A DNA stretch of 64,000 bases from Chrysomallon squamiferum (Eukaryota; Animalia; Mollusca). The DNA is taken from assembly GCA_012295275.1 (NCBI GenBank), contig CM022673.1, positions 19,840,001 through 19,904,000 of the forward strand, given 5' to 3'. The notes under the pieces are model-generated. The model was not told the DNA's origin, made no database searches, and was given only the letters and a program-made list of their open reading frames with translations. Each line of letters starts with the position of its first letter. The first letter of the stretch is position 1. Position numbers and translations under genes: made by a program. This document shows positions 61,903 through 64,000 of this stretch, piece after piece.

Positions 61903-64000
61903 GTGTTATTCTGTAGAACAAATACTTGGATTCATGTGTATATGAGTTTGAAGACTGATGATTGCTGATTTGCCTATATTTATGATAGATTTGATGTAAT
62001 TTGTAAATCAACAGAATCACAAAGAGAAAGACTTGATTTGTTCAGTGGAAATGGTTGTGAATCAATTTGGTGACTGTGTGTCAGCCACAAAATGTTAATG
62101 ATAAAGGAGAAATGTTATTTACAGCAGTAATTTACGTTTTTCAAACATACTTAAAATGAATTAGAAACTATATCAGAAAATGATATTTTATGCTGTATTG
62201 GATATTTTGTATTTTAAAAATCATGTAATATCTGAATGTATGTGGATCATATTCTAATTTAATCATCCTCAGTGTTTTCTGTCAGCTTTGAGGTTATTAA
62301 TTTTTAGTGACAGATATTAATTGTCTAATTAGAATTTTCATCAGGGGATTTGTATTTGTATTATTTCTGAAGAATGATACTTAGTATAGTCTTTTGTTCT
62401 GATACATTTCACTATTTGTAACAAATAGATGTTACATCCAGTCAAATCATTTAAATGAATAAAATGAAGTGATGTAATTTAGGCAAGTATTCAGTCCAGT
62501 TATGCACTTAGTATTAGATATCAATAAGACAAAGAATATATTCACCTAAAGAAGTTTATTTATATCAATATTTCATAAGCAGTCCAAATCAAAACTTTTG
62601 AAATAAACATTATATTAAAAAATGAGTAATTTATTTGAATATAGATGATGAAACATAAATTTTTTTCAAAAGATTAAAATATATTTAATAAAGAAATCAA
62701 AATAACAACTAGTTCATTAAACTGATCATTAATAGCAGCAAACAGGATATAATTTCAATTTATATCTGTTTTGTCAAAGTTCACATACATGATAAATTAC
62801 AAACATGGAGAACAATAGAACATGGCACTGTTTGTTTGAAACCTGTTGTTTGAATATGAATGTCAATTTGAAATAATTTTACTTAAGCTGGCCAAATGTT
62901 TAAATGATGTTCAATGAATGAAATTACTAATATTGTATATTACTAATACAAAAAAATTAAGAGGCTGTTAGCAAGAGAGATTAAAACATGCTATTTGTTC
63001 CATATACAAAACTAGACTCTTGGAAACTTCTGAATCTTTTTATCTGCTGCTTTCAGATTGTGTAATTCATTGGTATTAGATTTAAGACTTCAAATCACTG
63101 AAATTGAGATAATCTTTACTAGCTATATTTGTCTTAACTTTCTGGATTTTAGAAAAATTTTCACTGACTGAATTTGAAATACATATATATTAACTAACTG
63201 GATTTAATATAACTCTTGATTTATATTGTTAAGTGTTGAAAGGTAGCTCGCCACTGTTTAATTATTTAATAATATTGTCATAGACAAAGTGTGAACTGAT
63301 CTGAGCATATGGTGTCAAACAGAAGTAGGCAGTGTGCAATAACCCACCAAACTTTAGTTAGGAATACATTTATGACAGGAACATACTATCAATAAGCAAT
63401 ATTTATCGAAATAAATATACTCATTCATCAGAAAGCAAATATACTTATTTCATACATATTATTTATCATGTAGATTTTAGACTGTTATTGTTGATACAAG
63501 TAAAATATTTGTAAATTGTTTTTCATGTATTTTTTTTTAAGTTGTAACAAGTACATATTTATAACTTTGTTTTCTGCATGAATTATAATACTATATTTGT
63601 TTATAGTTTCACTTCACCTCTAACAGGTTCTCACCTAAATCAAGTAAAATGAACAATGCCATGGTATCTATGCTGCATGAAAATTGTGGAGAAAGCATTT
63701 GATTTATTAAATGTATATTTTTGGTCAAAATTTGTGGATATATTGAAAAGATTCTTGTAAAAAAAATGAACAACAAAAACAACTGGTTTTTTGATAAAAC
63801 ACCCATTACATATTGGGTGATCAAGTTCCTTGATAAAGGATTGTCTAAATTGGGATAGTTTGATGCTATGATTATATGTGTGTACTTCAAAAGAGATTAG
63901 ATTAATTTAGCATGATAATGAAGTTTTGTACAATTATTAAAATACTGGGTAATAAACTTGTACCTTGTACTTTTTTATTACAGACACTTTCATACTTCCA

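Overview
AT-rich eukaryotic (animal) genomic DNA, not prokaryotic. It has GT-AG introns, many microsatellites and decayed transposons; a mollusc/lophotrochozoan origin is my inference. Two genes are well supported. (1) An intronless class A bHLH gene of the Fer3/PTF1-like group (8295-8717, +). (2) A 10-coding-exon Cordon-bleu (COBL/COBLL1-like) actin regulator (43207-61902, +; 3852 nt, 1283 aa when spliced by hand, all intron phases consistent). It has an N-terminal ubiquitin-like Cobl domain, KRAP-type motifs, a Q-rich helical segment, one WH2 domain and a possible C-terminal PDZ ligand. CpG content drops sharply at about 14 kb, which suggests the cobl transcription unit starts near 13.5 kb with a roughly 30-kb first intron. 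That region holds Tc1, Ginger-like, Cys-rich DNA transposon and LINE fossils and a 1.6-kb palindromic minisatellite. The window also contains an unusual number of local duplications: nested inverted repeats, short direct copies and an intronic copy of exon sequence. No tRNA, rRNA or CRISPR was seen, and I do not claim a proven new system. The best leads are the invertebrate single-WH2 Cobl architecture, the clustered templated duplications and the methylation boundary recorded in transposon fossils. All alignments and family calls were made by eye.
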